A stretch of DNA of 63,665 bases, counting the filler, from Rhabdomonas costata (Eukaryota): NCBI GenBank assembly GCA_019059605.1. It is 39 parts of 39 records of this genome, joined end to end, with 100 filler letters (N's around TTAATTAATTAA, not from the genome) between each part and the next. Parts side by side here need not be neighbours in the genome. Positions count along the whole stretch, not along the records: positions 37,607 to 39,141 come from JAHMHO010013573.1; positions 39,242 to 40,777 come from JAHMHO010013574.1; positions 40,878 to 42,412 come from JAHMHO010013575.1; positions 42,513 to 44,047 come from JAHMHO010013576.1; positions 44,148 to 45,682 come from JAHMHO010013577.1; positions 45,783 to 47,317 come from JAHMHO010013578.1; positions 47,418 to 48,952 come from JAHMHO010013579.1; positions 49,053 to 50,587 come from JAHMHO010013580.1; 31 more parts are not named here. One strand, 5' to 3'. Positions 39,111-52,858 of the stretch are shown piece after piece. The notes beneath the pieces were generated by a model. That model worked only from the letters and a program-made list of their open reading frames with translations. It was not told the origin of the DNA and searched no databases. Each line of letters begins with the position of its first letter. Positions within the stretch are counted from its first letter, which is position 1. The translations under genes were made by a program, and so were the position numbers.

Positions 39111-40877
39111 CTGTGCGGGGGTATGGGGGGCACACCCACCCNNNNNNNNNNNNNNNNNNNNNNNNNNNNNNNNNNNNNNNNNNNNTTAATTAATTAANNN
39201 NNNNNNNNNNNNNNNNNNNNNNNNNNNNNNNNNNNNNNNNNACTTTACTTTCCCCTGTTGTTTCCCAAAGACCTTCTTCCTCCATATGGGTGAATCTTGC
39301 ATACTTCAGTCCGCAGTCATCAGTTCCACGAGATCAATCTCTTGACTTACCTAGAGATGGTTACAAATATGTTTCACCCAAAAAAAAGAACGTAAAGAAG
39401 AAAATTACATGTCATAACTAATGCTGTAATAATGATGTTTTAGCTTTTGCTTGAGAGGTTTTTGCATAACACAGTGTTGGGAACTTGTTGTGTTAAATCC
39501 GTGTTGTTCACATTTTTGATTATTTTTGTGATCCATGTGGAAAAATGAATCCAAGTGAACTTCTGTATTTTTGTGCTTACGATTTCTAATTATGTGTGCG
39601 CGCGTAAATTTTTAATTAAATCCAATTTATAAATCATAGTTTTTAAGTGTCATTGTTTGTTTGTTTTTTCATTAACCAGCCCACAGAATTTGGTAGGTCA
39701 GTGCGTCGTTCACACGCCAAGGTCCCATTGGTAGCAACCCAAAATTAAACAACTCGCAAACTCTTTCCTTGTGTGCACTTGACTGCCACCGCCTTCAATG
39801 CAAATGATCGTTTTGCAAATACCAGTATAAAACCAATGTTTAAGGTGAGGCGTCCTTTTTAAAGATGCTGGAGTGAACAGTTATGTTGAAACAACATACA
39901 CACACTCACCATAATTTTATAAACAATGTCGGTGAAATACCCACATTTACCATCCAGCTGTGGAGCTTTTTTATTGGGCGTCAAATTTGCGAAATTCAAA
40001 CACTTGCTTTTTTGAAATCAGGAAACACTTGTTGCACAAATTCTACAGAAGATGGTAGGAATAATATGTACATGTGTCTTTGGAAGTCTGCGTGGTCAAA
40101 TTGTAGTGCCTTGTGGCTCACAAAGTTTCGGTTTTAAGAGTGGTTCCGATGGTGCGGTGGAGCTCTCGTTTGCACGGAAACTTAGTGAGAGGTGGATGTA
40201 TTGGAGATGTCTCGTGGTTAAAGGATGGTCTACTAGACTTGAAGTCTACTTTGCAATTAAGCAGATTATGTCCTGCTGTTGTGACAGAGTGTTGTGCCCT
40301 CTGGTTGGCTCTGAGGAGTATAAGGCCTCATGGAGTACTTCGTGGCTTCTGTAAAGTCGGTGATCCTGTACGTAAAGTGGAAAATGGTCACGCCCCTGGT
40401 AGATGTGATGGCTCGCAGCCAAGAATCTAAGAAGATGGCATGTTGACATTTCCTCAGCAGGTTTCTGCGCTTGAGTGTATGTATTGGCAGCAGGAACAGT
40501 GTGTGAGCCTAGCTTTTCGCAGTAGTCAGCCGTGCTAACGCTCGTCTAGTGTAGCCTTTAATTGCTACTGACATCCCGCACCACTCTACTGCAAAAAAGC
40601 CGTCATCTGTGACATCTACTCCATCAGCATTGTTACAACTCACCTCAAATGTGCACTTGGATGGTGGCCATGAGAATAGCACGGCTTAGCACCTGCAACG
40701 TGTGACAAAACTCCGTGGTTGATCCCTCACTGCAGATTCGATGTGAAGCTGCGCACACCACCACTAAAATGGAGCTCNNNNNNNNNNNNNNNNNNNNNNN
40801 NNNNNNNNNNNNNNNNNNNNNTTAATTAATTAANNNNNNNNNNNNNNNNNNNNNNNNNNNNNNNNNNNNNNNNNNNN

Positions 40878-42351
40878 TGTGGGTGGGTACCCTTCCAGGG
40901 GCCGGGGACGAGGTCGTGGCCGAGGGCAACAAGGGGGACGCAGCTCCGGTCCTCAGGTGGTCCCTCCTATCCTGGAAGCGTGCCGTGGGTTCAAGGGCAG
41001 CAAACGGACACGACCGGACTGCAGGCCTAAGTCAATTCGTGGTTCGTGGTGTCCCAAGTCATCCTCTGGGTTCACTACAGACACTCTACTGTTTTGCAGC
41101 GGGTTGAAGGGTGATGAGTGCGCCTTTCCATGAAGGGTTATTATCCTCGCAGTGCTCTGAAGTGTAATGGGTGTCATGTGTGCGCTTTCTTTTCTCTTTG
41201 ACGGAACCGCCATTTAAGAATGCTGACTACGTCGCCGACTCGGTGGCCCGTGCAAAATCGTGGGTAAGGTTCGACACACACATTGGGATCAACGGTCACA
41301 ACGGCGATTTCGTTTTCGATTGAAACTTTCAGGACAACGTGCGCAGTAAATGCACGATGCTGTTCAATTTGCAGGTGTTTTTGCAATTCTTGGCCTGAAC
41401 CTCCTCACAATCGTTCAATAGTTGTTCCGACCAAGCGGACCAAGCAAACCGAAACCTCCAACAGTGCCTTTCTTTCGGGTCCGTGTCCTTTCAACCACAC
41501 AAGCAAGAGTGCCGAAATATCACTCATGCCCACAGGTGCAATGGGCGTGACCTCATTTGCTGGAATTTCAGTTGGGGTCGGGAACAGCCGTTTCGTTTGG
41601 TTTCCTTTGGGGATGGTTTGAACAGGCTCCGGCCCCCACGCCTCCCTTCGGTCCGGGGCCCTACCTTGGCCCTCCCCCATGGGGACCGTGTCCCCCGGCT
41701 TTCTGCCCCGCTCCGCCCGGGCTTGGCCTGTTGGGGATGCCCCCTTCTGGCTCCCCTCCCGGCTTTCCCGGAGGCTTCCTTCCCGGGGCCTTCCCCGCAC
41801 CGCTGCCTGTCGTTCCCACCGCATTTGCCCCGCCACCAGGGGTGGGCATCCCCTTGTCGGGGTATCCCGCCCCGGTCGGGGACATGGGATCTTGGGAGAG
41901 GTTTTCTGGGGTGCTGCCACGAAGCCGAGACCTGGGGTGGTGACCTCTGGTGGTAGCCTCTTCCCTCCTGCTTCTTTGGAAGGAAGAGGTTCAAAGTGTA
42001 CTTTGCACTTCATTGTACTGCATTGTACTTCTTTTGTATTTGGTTTTTTTTGTGGTGCCGCCACCAAGGCGGCTCTTTCCAGAATCGAGGTGGGTTAGGA
42101 CCCCTTGCTGCGCTTTCAGGGCAGTACCCGGCTGAACACAGTGCAGCGGTCTGGTCTAGCTATCCGGGGGAGTGGGGGGGCTCTGTTGGTTCTGTAGGTC
42201 TTCTGTGGCGCGCCCAAACCCAAGTAGAGGGGACAGAGCACAGTCCCATCTTTTTAAGTTCCAAGAGGAAAAACGGATGCAAACGGACGGAGACGGTAGT
42301 GGCAGGCCGAGCCGGACCCAGCCGCTGCGCAAGACCTGGGGCCGATGGCAG
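40878..42351 (+). CDS. RG-repeat / Pro-rich low-complexity protein, exons 40878-40956, 41626-41900, 42198-42351
   Basis: SRGRGRGRGRGQQGGR then a Pro/Gly-rich exon; splice phases 0 and 2 are compatible. Confidence 0.55.
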
Positions 42352-42603
42352 GTCCCGTCCTGTCCGATTGGTTTATTGCCGTCAGTGAACAACACGATTG
42401 TAAACCAGGGTCNNNNNNNNNNNNNNNNNNNNNNNNNNNNNNNNNNNNNNNNNNNNTTAATTAATTAANNNNNNNNNNNNNNNNNNNNNNNNNNNNNNNN
42501 NNNNNNNNNNNNACCCCTTCCACGGGTTGCCAACCAAGAAGAGCGCGCACCATACCGGGCCAGAGCAGCATTGGGGGAGGCAGGGGAGGACGGGAGTTGG
42601 GAC

Positions 42604-44047
42604 CTGGTGCAGAACAGACCCACAAGCGCATCGACGTGCACGGCTTGGGCCTGCCCGCTGTGCCCCAGGAGGTTTTCCAGGGTGGTTACGCTCAGCGTGG
42701 CAGAGGACTGCAGCACCGCAGAGAAGAGCTTCTCGTAGATCCTAAGGGTTTGGGAGGGCGGGTGCAAAGGAGGTCCCCACATTCCATACCCGCTCAGCAT
42801 AGGGAAGAAAAAACACAAACCGAACCATGACCAAGAGAAAGATATGTTGCGAAGCGGAGAGAGGTGTTGCACAGAGGAGTGGAGGAAAGGCAACACCTCT
42901 TGCGGAGACGGAAGGATGCCAGGAAGGATTTAAAAAGCAAGAAAACCGCCGACCGCACTCCGCAGCGCAGGTCGGCCCTTCCCATAATTCAAGGTTCCAC
43001 GCTACTGCCCAGCAATTCTGTCAGATACGTCGGCGACACGCATGCAACCGGCTGGCTAAGCAAATGTAAAGGACAAAAAGCAAAGGTACAAGGTAGTGTA
43101 GGTGTATGTGCGTGCGTGCGTGCGCGTGTATGTGTGTTTTGTGTGTTTGTGTTTGAACCCTGTGTCCGAGCCCGTGGTGCGCTGGCTGACGCGGTGGATC
43201 AGCCTCTGGGCCTTGCCCTGGACCTCGGGGTCAACGCTGGACTGCAGGGTCAGCAGCCCACAGAAGAATGCCAACTCAAAGGAGCCCACCATGTTCCTGA
43301 CCACCAAGTAGGGAAGAGAAGGATGAGCGAGGACGACGGGGTTGATTTCCTGTCTTTCATCTTTCTGGGGAACCGCTTCTTGCTTTTCTGCTTTCAGTCC
43401 TCCCAACAAACAGGGATACCATTCCTTCTAGAAGTCTTATGCACGACCAGGTTGACCGATGCGAACTGGTCGTCTTTGCTGAAGAAAGGGGGGGGGGAAC
43501 GGCCACCTGTGCTCGGCAATCGTCAGCAGGTCCTCCACGAGATCAGTGAGGGCTGAGAGCAGTACAGGTTGGTCGAAGTCAATCAGCTCCTCCGTCCGCA
43601 GAGTCTCCAGCAGTGCCCCGACCTCCGATTCCGTGATGGTATCCCTGGAGCCCTACGCGGAGATGGAGATGGGCACAATATCACAGTTCCAGGCACTCAT
43701 TTTGATTTGCTTTCACGGAACCGCCGCAGATCAGCTTTGTGAGGTCGCAGCTGCATTAATACTCGGTAACGTGATGCTCAGAGGCCCGGAACACAATGAG
43801 AAGGAGGGTGAACCGACAGTTCCTGGGAGGCAGACTGTTGTTAGTGACCCGTAAAAGCGTCACAGAACGCCAATATTCAATGACCCTTCACAAACTCCAT
43901 GGCTCACGTCTCCAGAACACCTTCAGAAGAAGGTCCACAACCATCACGACGGAGCCACGGATGAAGGGAGTGGAGGCCGAGAACCACGTCGGGAATCGCG
44001 TGGAGGCTTCGCCAGTGCCACCCTTGGCCTTGGACCCCACAACCAAC
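42604..44047 (-). CDS. Four exons of unknown helical protein (43921-44047, 43507-43652, 43159-43296, 42604-42741)
   Basis: Three GT-AG introns with matching phases (0,2,2) give a continuous frame. Confidence 0.7.
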
Positions 44048-45224
44048 NNNNNNNNNNNNNNNNNNNNNNNNNNNNNNNNNNNNNNNNNNNNTTAATTAAT
44101 TAANNNNNNNNNNNNNNNNNNNNNNNNNNNNNNNNNNNNNNNNNNNNAGGAAGGCTCAGAAGAACAATCCATGCCACCACCAGCGCCAACGCGCAGGGCC
44201 GAGACGGACGCATAGAGCTGAGCCTCTCCTTCGCAAAAAAGGTGCGCAAGAGACCATAGAACAATCGCCAAAAATAATTCCTGCAACGCAAAAAAAAAAA
44301 AGAAAGGCAGAAGACCACTTCACACCACTGCGGAATCGCTGTGTTGTGAGCGTACGGCACTCTGCAGGAAAGCAAGAACCTAAGCTCCAAAAAGCCGAAA
44401 GAAACGCTGCTTGCTTTTGATCGCGTTTTAGGAGGAGAGATTAAACTGCAAAACAGAAACGAAGAAGGAAGGAAGAAGAGCACCTTCATCTTTTCTTCTT
44501 ACAGGCAGCTCCTCAACATCTCAAGCTGCAACCGCAAAAAGATACCTGCATGCTGTGCCCAGCATAAAAACTGGGGGCATCCCGAAAAAAGTGCAAAATC
44601 TTCCCCCGCGTTAACATGCACCAATTTTGCGGAGAGGAGTTACTATTATCGGCGTAATACACTCCACCAGAATCGAAAAAACCACTTTAGCTGCCATTTC
44701 CTGTTCAAAAGGCTCAGTACAAAAAAAGCGCGTCAAAGAAAACTCCTCAGGTTGCAAAAAAAAAACGTTCGGGCGGATGATTGGCGGTGATTAGTCCCGT
44801 ACTATCGCTCTCCACTTCTTCACCTCATGTTGGACGTAATTAAGAAAAATGGAACGAATCTCCCTGGAACAGGCAGACGGCGATGATACCAACAACCCCG
44901 CAAAATATTAACAAGATCGATCCACCAAACCCAAGTATCCCGACGGCACCTGCAAACTATTGCGGGCGTTCCACAGCAGTTACTGACCCTACTGAACTGA
45001 TTGGGAAAAAACAGGCTGCCACAAACAAGCCTGAAGCCAGCAATCGCCGGAAGTCTGCCCCTATTTTTAATCCATTCCCCATCACCCCAAAAACCCTACA
45101 CCGAGAAGTGATGCTACCCATTTCAATATGCCTACGTTGGCGTGCTCCTAGTGCACCTCTGGATCGCTCACTACGCAAAAAGGCGTAAAACGTTTTTCAT
45201 GTGTGAGCAAATTTCAAGCACTGA

Positions 45225-45682
45225 TTTTTTGGGCAGAGAGCTCAACGAAAAGCTGGCATTAAAAGAAAGCAGGCTCTCCAGAAGCAGCCGCAGGACGATG
45301 AACGGTTCCCATCCTCCAAATCGCACAAAAAAAAGTAGCAACGCACCCGCGAAGATCACGCAAAAAAAAGACTGCAACACAAAAAGCAATACACTCCATT
45401 AAGCGAATCACAGACCCCAACAGCATTGCTGCACCCGCCTGCTGACCGTCTTGCGCCGACTTCACAGTGCCAAAAGAAAGGGACTTACCCAAAAATGGCA
45501 TCAAACCGTCTCCTGTGCTATTTTACGCGATGCAGTGAACAATCAACACTGCTACCAAAACCTAAGTTATGGTATCACATTACCACAAGCTCTGTTTGCC
45601 TCATTCATCGTCCTGCGGCTGCTTCTGGAGAGCCTGCTTTCTTTTAATGCCAGCTTTTCGTTGAGCTCTCTGCCCAAAAAAA
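45225..45682. repeat. ~78-bp inverted repeat reaching the contig end
   Basis: 45225-45302 versus 45604-45682. Confidence 0.9.
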
Positions 45683-47424
45683 NNNNNNNNNNNNNNNNNN
45701 NNNNNNNNNNNNNNNNNNNNNNNNNNTTAATTAATTAANNNNNNNNNNNNNNNNNNNNNNNNNNNNNNNNNNNNNNNNNNNNTAGCGGGGTGAGGCATGT
45801 GGGTGGGTGTACGGATGCGGAAGGCGAAGGATGAGCGTGGTATGCTCCCGCTCCGGACGAATCGAATCCTAAAGCCCTGCAAGAGAGTTACTACCACCAA
45901 TACTGACCACCGCGAAAGACGGAATGTCAAAAGCTGGCTGGCAGGAGGCCCGTGCTTCGCAGGCTGGTGCCCCCCCCTCTCCCTGTGTAAAAAGTGGCGT
46001 GCTCCGTGGGGTACGCTTGCCAGAATTGCACTGGGGAAAACAAAAAGCCGTTTAGTTTTCGCTTTTTTTGTGTCTTTCTCCAAAGGGCAGACAAGGAAAG
46101 TTGAGAAGGGAAAAAGCAGATAATTTGCTGCACAAGAACGGCCTGGGGCAAGGTCAAATTGGAAACGAACCACCCCCAAAAATACGGCATGTATGTGCGT
46201 GTATGAAGAATCAATACCAGGAGCAAGGAATAAATCTCAGCATATTTTACTAAGTAGGTTGCATGTCGTCGCGAAAAAGCTGGAACCCTATTTTACTTTT
46301 CACTTTTCTTTTCAACTCTTTGAACTTGTTTTTTGATAATGATTTGATAATGATAGCGCATCTTTCATTCAAAGTGACACAGGTTCCGCACAAAATTCCA
46401 TTTTTCATCGTCGATGGACTGTTGAGTCTTTTGGCCTGGACTTCCAACATTGGTTTCTTGACCTGGGGAAAGTTTGTGGAGCTTGAGACACTTTTAGGCA
46501 CCCGCTTCACCACGCTTACACAGCGACAAGCATGACTTCCTTGCTCACGGACCAAGCTTTCCACCCTAAAGAAAAATCAAGGCAGGCATTCTTGACATTA
46601 GGAATTCGCGATGAAAACCTAAGGAGCTCCCCACCTCCCTCACCTAGCCCCGATCAACGAAGTTCAAGATTGCAGTAGATCCAAAATCAAAGGGAAAAAC
46701 ACTAAACACTCACAGCACAGACAGGTCCTATGGTCACACAGAAGGCAGAGTGAAAATGGGGCAAGGGCAATTGTACCTGTCTCTTTTTTTGCTCTCTTTC
46801 TTCATACTCTTTGAGATGGTCTCGGATAACTGTAGTAGTCAAGGGCACGATCTGGCCTTGGAAGGTCTGCCCCATGCTGCGAGGAAAAGCAAGAAACAAT
46901 GTCCGGGCCTTTCCAATCCCATGAAACAGAAAAGAATCAGAGTTTCGGTGTATAACTTTTCAACTGCTTCAAACAAAAGCACATCCAACAAGCCCTGAAA
47001 CCAATATGCACAAGATCAACCCCTTTCCCTTTGCTGCAGCATGAATTCCGGTGCTCGCCAGGTTTTTCACTGTGAAACGGGTAATACTACACTCTCACCC
47101 ACACGTAGCCCTCCCTAACCCACTTCTTTCTTACTTTCCTCTCCTCAGGTCGCGCCTGTCACCCTGATCATCACACTTTCCTACTCACCTACCGCCTCGC
47201 CCGCTTCCTTCCAGCTCCTAGTTTTATACGCAATTATCTCGCCCCGCACATCTTTCACACACCTATTTTCCATTGTTCCCTGCTTCCTGTGCCGTGGTAG
47301 GTGGGTGCTAATTGAGCNNNNNNNNNNNNNNNNNNNNNNNNNNNNNNNNNNNNNNNNNNNNTTAATTAATTAANNNNNNNNNNNNNNNNNNNNNNNNNNN
47401 NNNNNNNNNNNNNNNNNGTTTTGG

Positions 47425-47503
47425 GTGGTCATCCCTTTCATGCAGTGCTGCGATTGCACAGGCTCCCAGTGCAATCGCAGCACTGCATGAAAGGGATGAC
47501 CAC
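47425..47503. repeat. ~35-bp perfect hairpin at contig start
   Basis: gtggtcatccctttcatgcagtgctgcgattgcac / gtgcaatcgcagcactgcatgaaagggatgaccac. Confidence 0.9.
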
Positions 47504-48709
47504 GAGAGTGCACAAACGCAACCTGGGGATGAGGCGTCGCGAAGTGAAGACAGACAGGAGGTGCAAGACGGTGCAGATGTGGAGGGAGGGGAGAAACCAT
47601 GCTGACCCGCTGGATCAAATGTCGTAACCAACGGGAAGCCCTAAGTGAATATATTCTGGATGAGCAATGCCTTGGGCAACCCGAAATCCCGCCTTGATAG
47701 CGGAGGGTGCGCATCGAAGGAGGAAGGACAACGCTGGACTCCCTGACTCACGGCAATTCGTGGCACGAAAGCCTCAACAGGAAACTTGTCACGTCCTTTT
47801 CACGTCCACTGTGTGGACGGAGATGAGCAGAGATTTCTCCTGAACTCGTGAGAGAGAGAGAGAGAGAGAGGAGGGTACACAGAGGCTCCGGAGGCCACAG
47901 AACAGAAAGGGGACAAGGGCGGAAACCACAAACACAGCCAAAACGAGGTGATCAAAGGCGAACGCAACTCCACTGCTTCGGTGCCATTCACACCATATGT
48001 AGGTGGGTGGAACACGAACAAACAGGAACCAAGCACTACAACATCCGTTGCTCAGGGGCCTTTTCAGAAGAAGGAGAACGAGGATTCGGAGAGGGGCAGA
48101 GATTCACAGAGGTTGATATCAATGAGTGAACCGGGGTGCATCAAGGACGGAGGGATTAGGAGCACGAGCAGGAGCAAACAAGACGGAACGAACGGACACA
48201 GATCTGCACACAACGCACACAAAGTAGCCGGAGGGAGTCGTGATGAAGACTCCGAAAACTATGTTTCTTTGGGAATGATGTGGAAAAGGCTCGCAGGTAT
48301 TCTACAGTTGCACAAGACGTTGCTCAGCTGTGAGAACGAAAAGAGGGGCGACGGAGAGACTGACTAAAAAACAAAGGTGCAGAACACCGCCCACCGCCAC
48401 GTGATACTCCGCTTTTACTGTGTTGGGGACGGGGGATGCATAGCAGGAGCCTCGAGGGCTGGCAGAGAGAGCATCGCGCTATCTGTCAGCTGCTCACGGG
48501 TCACCGGCTTACACAGGAAGGAGTCCGCACCAGCCTAGCAAAACCGTTGACAGGGCGATCCTTTGCGTTAAAAAGATCTTTAGGAGTCATGCAACCTCAA
48601 CTCCACATGAAAATATTCGAATCTCCTCAAAAGCTCCCTCCGGTGCCGAGAAAATCTCCACAACTGCGCAGTAGTCCAAGCCGCCATGGCAAACACAAAC
48701 TTAAACAAC

Positions 48710-48950
48710 CTGAAAGCAACTGCACCGAGTATCATCCCCGGAGTCTCCGCTCAGCACAGTGATCATGGGGCCGTGTCGAGGAGGGGCAGCTCTGGTGGAG
48801 CCGCTATCATGCAGTGAAACAGGCCCCTCAGAACGGATCTTAGCCACCAGCTGCAGCCCATCCATCGGCCCATTGAGGTTAAGGTCGGTCAGCACCCAGT
48901 GCACGGTGCCCGGGAAGGCGCAAAGCTTGGCCCAGGCCTCCCCCCCAAAA
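48710..48950 (-). CDS. Response-regulator receiver (REC) domain exon
   Basis: GGEAW...VLTDLNLNGPMDGLQLVAKIR...ITVLSG; phospho-acceptor Asp and switch Ser present. Confidence 0.8.
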
Positions 48951-49549
48951 AANNNNNNNNNNNNNNNNNNNNNNNNNNNNNNNNNNNNNNNNNNNNTTAA
49001 TTAATTAANNNNNNNNNNNNNNNNNNNNNNNNNNNNNNNNNNNNNNNNNNNNGTGGGTGTGGTCCCACCGAGTGCAGTCAGTCGGCTGTGAAGATCGAGA
49101 GCGCCACCCTGAGGAGCGTAGAGGTGGACTCTCTTGTGCGGCAGTGCCACTGCATTCTACCGTATGTGTTAGGGGGGCCTGCCTTGTGTCAGGTCTTGTA
49201 TTGCGTATTTCATTACCAAAATTCCCGGAAGTGCTGCTCCGGTGCCGCAGGCCCCGTCTCCTTCAGGTCTAGGGGACATAGCCGCCGCTGAGACTTGACG
49301 CTCCTTGCGGCCGTTTCTGGAGTTTCATCCGCCCATCTCCAGGTTACGTTGGTGTAAACAACTTGGCATGTGACGAAAGGCGTGATGTGTTTGCTGCAGC
49401 TGGTCATGTTGAGTCATCGAACTGCTGCGAGACAGGCCCTGAAGTAACCCTCACTCTTACGAAGGGTCCTTCACCTGCCTTCACATGATGCAATCGACTT
49501 GTTGCATTTCCATCCTTTTTTATGCTGCCACATCGCCTTTCTGCTCCAG

Positions 49550-50587
49550 GGCTCTGGATCGAGAATGTAACCCTCCTGGTGGAGGAGACGGCTCGTTTTC
49601 TGCTCCCCGCTTGGAGATCGGGCTCAGAGAATCCACAACTGAAACGGTCCCGATGTCAAAGGAATACTATTCGGCATGCCAAATCTCTACTCTAGTTGCC
49701 ACAGACGTGGGACTGCGCGCTTTGGATGAAAAGACCTCTCCATCACTTGAAGCTGTCGGTCTGTATACTGTTGCTGACCACAATGTTGAAGCCTGTTTGC
49801 CTGAATTGGGTCATACCATGGAGGTTTCTAAGCTCAAGGTTACCCGTGCACCTCCGTCACCGCTTTATCTTCAAGCAGCAGAAGTTTCACGATTCACGAC
49901 CGAAACCCCGAACCTCGTGTTTGATGGGAAAGAGTTCACAATAGATGATTGCATCGGAAGCAAGAAGCTTCCCGTTGCGAGCTGTTTTTCAGGAACAAGA
50001 ACGCAGTCATTTTGCCCGGGCAACGAGGATATCTTTTCTCGTGGCCTTCTTCAGCAGCTGACCGTCTCAGAGCAACGATGCTCGCAGCATGCGGCGGAAA
50101 ATTGTCGGCTTACAGAGGCGTTGAAGTCCACCGAATGCAAAGTCACGGAAGCAGCAGAGCATCTTTGCTGCTTGCTCAGCGAAAACTTCTCACTGAGATC
50201 TATGTTGCAACAGTCAGGCCAAGAGGTGCTCTCGCTTCGGGCTCATATTGGACGGACCGAGATCGCCAATCATCAGCTCGAAACAACAGTTGGTCTTCTT
50301 TCAGGTGAAAATGGGTTCCTCAAGGCGCAGTATCAGCAACTATTGTGTTCGAGCCAGGATACCCGATACCAGGAAGCATCCCGGTTGCAGCAGGAGATCT
50401 CGGGAATGGCGAACACGATTCGTCAAACACAGCTTCAGGTGCAAGAGCGCGACTTGACTATTCAGAATCTAAAGCACCAAATAGACCAACTCACTGAAGA
50501 GGCTGCAAAAGTTCGCGCTGAATTTGTTGCGGTTCGTGGGACTTGTTCCACAGAAACCGCGCGCTTATTAGAAGAAATAATGACACC
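49550..50587 (+). CDS. Large exon of coiled-coil protein (upstream exon possibly 49053-49161)
   Basis: >340 open codons with a heptad-rich C-terminal half; phase-2 compatible. Confidence 0.75.
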
Positions 50588-50800
50588 NNNNNNNNNNNNN
50601 NNNNNNNNNNNNNNNNNNNNNNNNNNNNNNNTTAATTAATTAANNNNNNNNNNNNNNNNNNNNNNNNNNNNNNNNNNNNNNNNNNNNGTTTGGCATTGCG
50701 TTGTGTGGCTCTTCCCTTTGAGGACCCTTTATTCCAATATATGAAGAATTCTGCGACCGAGTGAGAGAGCACGCGAGCGTGAGCGTACCGGGAACGTTAC

Positions 50801-51853
50801 GCCGTCAAGGTCCCCGGAGGCCATCAAGACGGGGTCAAGGCTGAACGCCTGCTCCACAGCCTGGGGATGCTGGATGTGGACCAGAAACAGCTCCGCGCGA
50901 GAAGTTAGGATCGCCAAGTGGGCCTCTGAGTACGGGTGCCACTGGGCGTCCGTCACCGTGGTCCCTCCGCCGTGCAACTCGCTCCCATGGGCGTCTAGGG
51001 GGTCCTCAGCAAGGACCCGCCGCAGTGGGTAGTGGCCGCGGCCCAGCCGCCTCACCTCAGCCAGAGAAGGGAGGGTGGCGATGGCGAGCTCAGAGGACCC
51101 ACGCAGCAGCACCATGCGGGCGTTATGCGGGGAGGGCAGCATGGCGTGCACCACGAAGGGGAGGGAGATGGGTTCCAGGGTCTTGGCCTCCCCAGAGGGA
51201 TCGCTCGGGGTGAGGGGCAGGAATCTGAAAGCCATGAAGTGAGAACGCAGCACGCAAGAAGAGAATCAAGAATGGGAAAACCAGAACGGTACGAAACAGA
51301 AGCCGCCTTTACACGTCGACTATTCGCTTGATGCGCAGGTTTGTTGTTTCTTCATCCTTTAACAATTTGGAGCCTTTTGTTGCCCGAGAGAACGGAAAAG
51401 ACTGGAACCGCGAAACAGAGGAGGGCAAGCTGGAACGGTTCCGCGACTGGAATGTCACACCGAGGTATACACGGCAAACACGAACAAACAAACACAACTG
51501 TTCCAACGCCAAAGAAATTACTTGAAAACGATGAGGCATCCGAGCTGATAAATTACCTAGAAGAGCGAGGTGGGTTCGTACAAACACAAAGTAGCAAGGC
51601 CGCAGTGGGCGCGCTTCTGTTGAAGCTCTGAATCATCCCTCCCATTATTACGAAACAAACATTGGGGAAGCGGGCTCAGGAATTTAGGGCACTCAGAATC
51701 AAAGCGGGAAGCGGGATAAGGGTGATCCAACCGGCCTTCCGGGTGAAGGTAGTAGGCCAGCGCACCCTGGGCAGTGCAGACCAGGGGGATGCCATCGACC
51801 AGGCACAGGTTTTGCTTGGGCTGTGGCAGCCCAGCGGAGGAAGATCCACTCAT
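50801..51853 (-). CDS. Nup88/Nup82-like beta-propeller, exons 51693-51853 (ATG) and 50801-51224
   Basis: VTDAQWHPYSEAHLAILTS...VEQAFSL resembles Nup88 WHP.S..HL..LTSD...EQ; phase-2 GT-AG join. Confidence 0.65.
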
Positions 51854-52637
51854 TGTGAGGGCACGACCACGCCCGTGAAAAAGAAACAGGAAAGAGGGTG
51901 ACTTCTGCTTCGGGAAAAACACTGCGTTGTTGAGATCAGTCTACTATAAGTTCACCCGAGATGCTTCAGGCGGCATAGATGGATTAAGTATCCGCTCAGT
52001 GGAACGGCTTAGCGGTCACCAGTGCACCGCTCTTTGCCTATCCTCAAAAAACCACGCGGTGGCGACCCGCCCTCGAGAGAATACTTCCTCCCCCTCCGTT
52101 TGGTGTGCTAAATCCACAAACCCCTACAATGGACTCAGCAAATCACCGACATCTCAACACCACCATCTCCAAAAACAGTGCTCCACAAGATCGGTGTCCA
52201 TATCATGCGGGTAACCCACACCNNNNNNNNNNNNNNNNNNNNNNNNNNNNNNNNNNNNNNNNNNNNTTAATTAATTAANNNNNNNNNNNNNNNNNNNNNN
52301 NNNNNNNNNNNNNNNNNNNNNNGGTGGGGTTGATAAACTTGCAGATAAGCAATCCCAGTACACTGCGAATGCTTATCTGCAAGTTTATCAAGCCCTCCCG
52401 CCCAAGGCAGCGAGGAAAATCAAAAAAACGGAAGTAGACGAGAGACCTCAAGCACCAAGGACAGACGTGAAGGAAGGACACCACTTTCTTTTGAAGGGAC
52501 TGAACAGAACAAAAAGCCATAAACAGATGAGGAGAGTCTTGGGTCAGAGTCTTGGCACGGCTGTGCCCTGGTACGCTTCGCACGCACGAGCGAGTGAAAG
52601 GCACAAAAGGGGCACAGAGCACACGGCTTGCCGCCAC

Positions 52638-52858
52638 CTCGGTGGGTTCCCTGCGGCCCCTGCGGTGTGGTTTGCAACCCCAGTAGCTGACGAAGATACA
52701 GGGGCGCGTCGGGTCGCCTCAGGCACGCCCACATGAGCTGTCACAGCAGAGTCCTCCCCGCCTCGAGCCACCAGTGGGGCCACCAAAAGAACCATTGCTA
52801 GTCCAACTCCGACCAGCACGACGGCCCATGTGGACAGCCGAAGCCTCAGCAGGAGCAT
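52638..52858 (-). CDS. First exon of signal-anchor/type II membrane protein
   Basis: Polypyrimidine tract and tag before ATG; hydrophobic N-terminus. Confidence 0.5.

Noticed and set aside
43297-43506. Apparent non-canonical intron
   Set aside because: A phase-compatible GT-AG solution exists (acceptor ggtcag at 43297)
44835-45178. TAG read-through / reassigned stop codon (hydrophobic frame interrupted by TAG)
   Set aside because: Conserved exons and three >330-codon frames contain no in-frame TAG; other TAG cases are in elements that also have frameshifts
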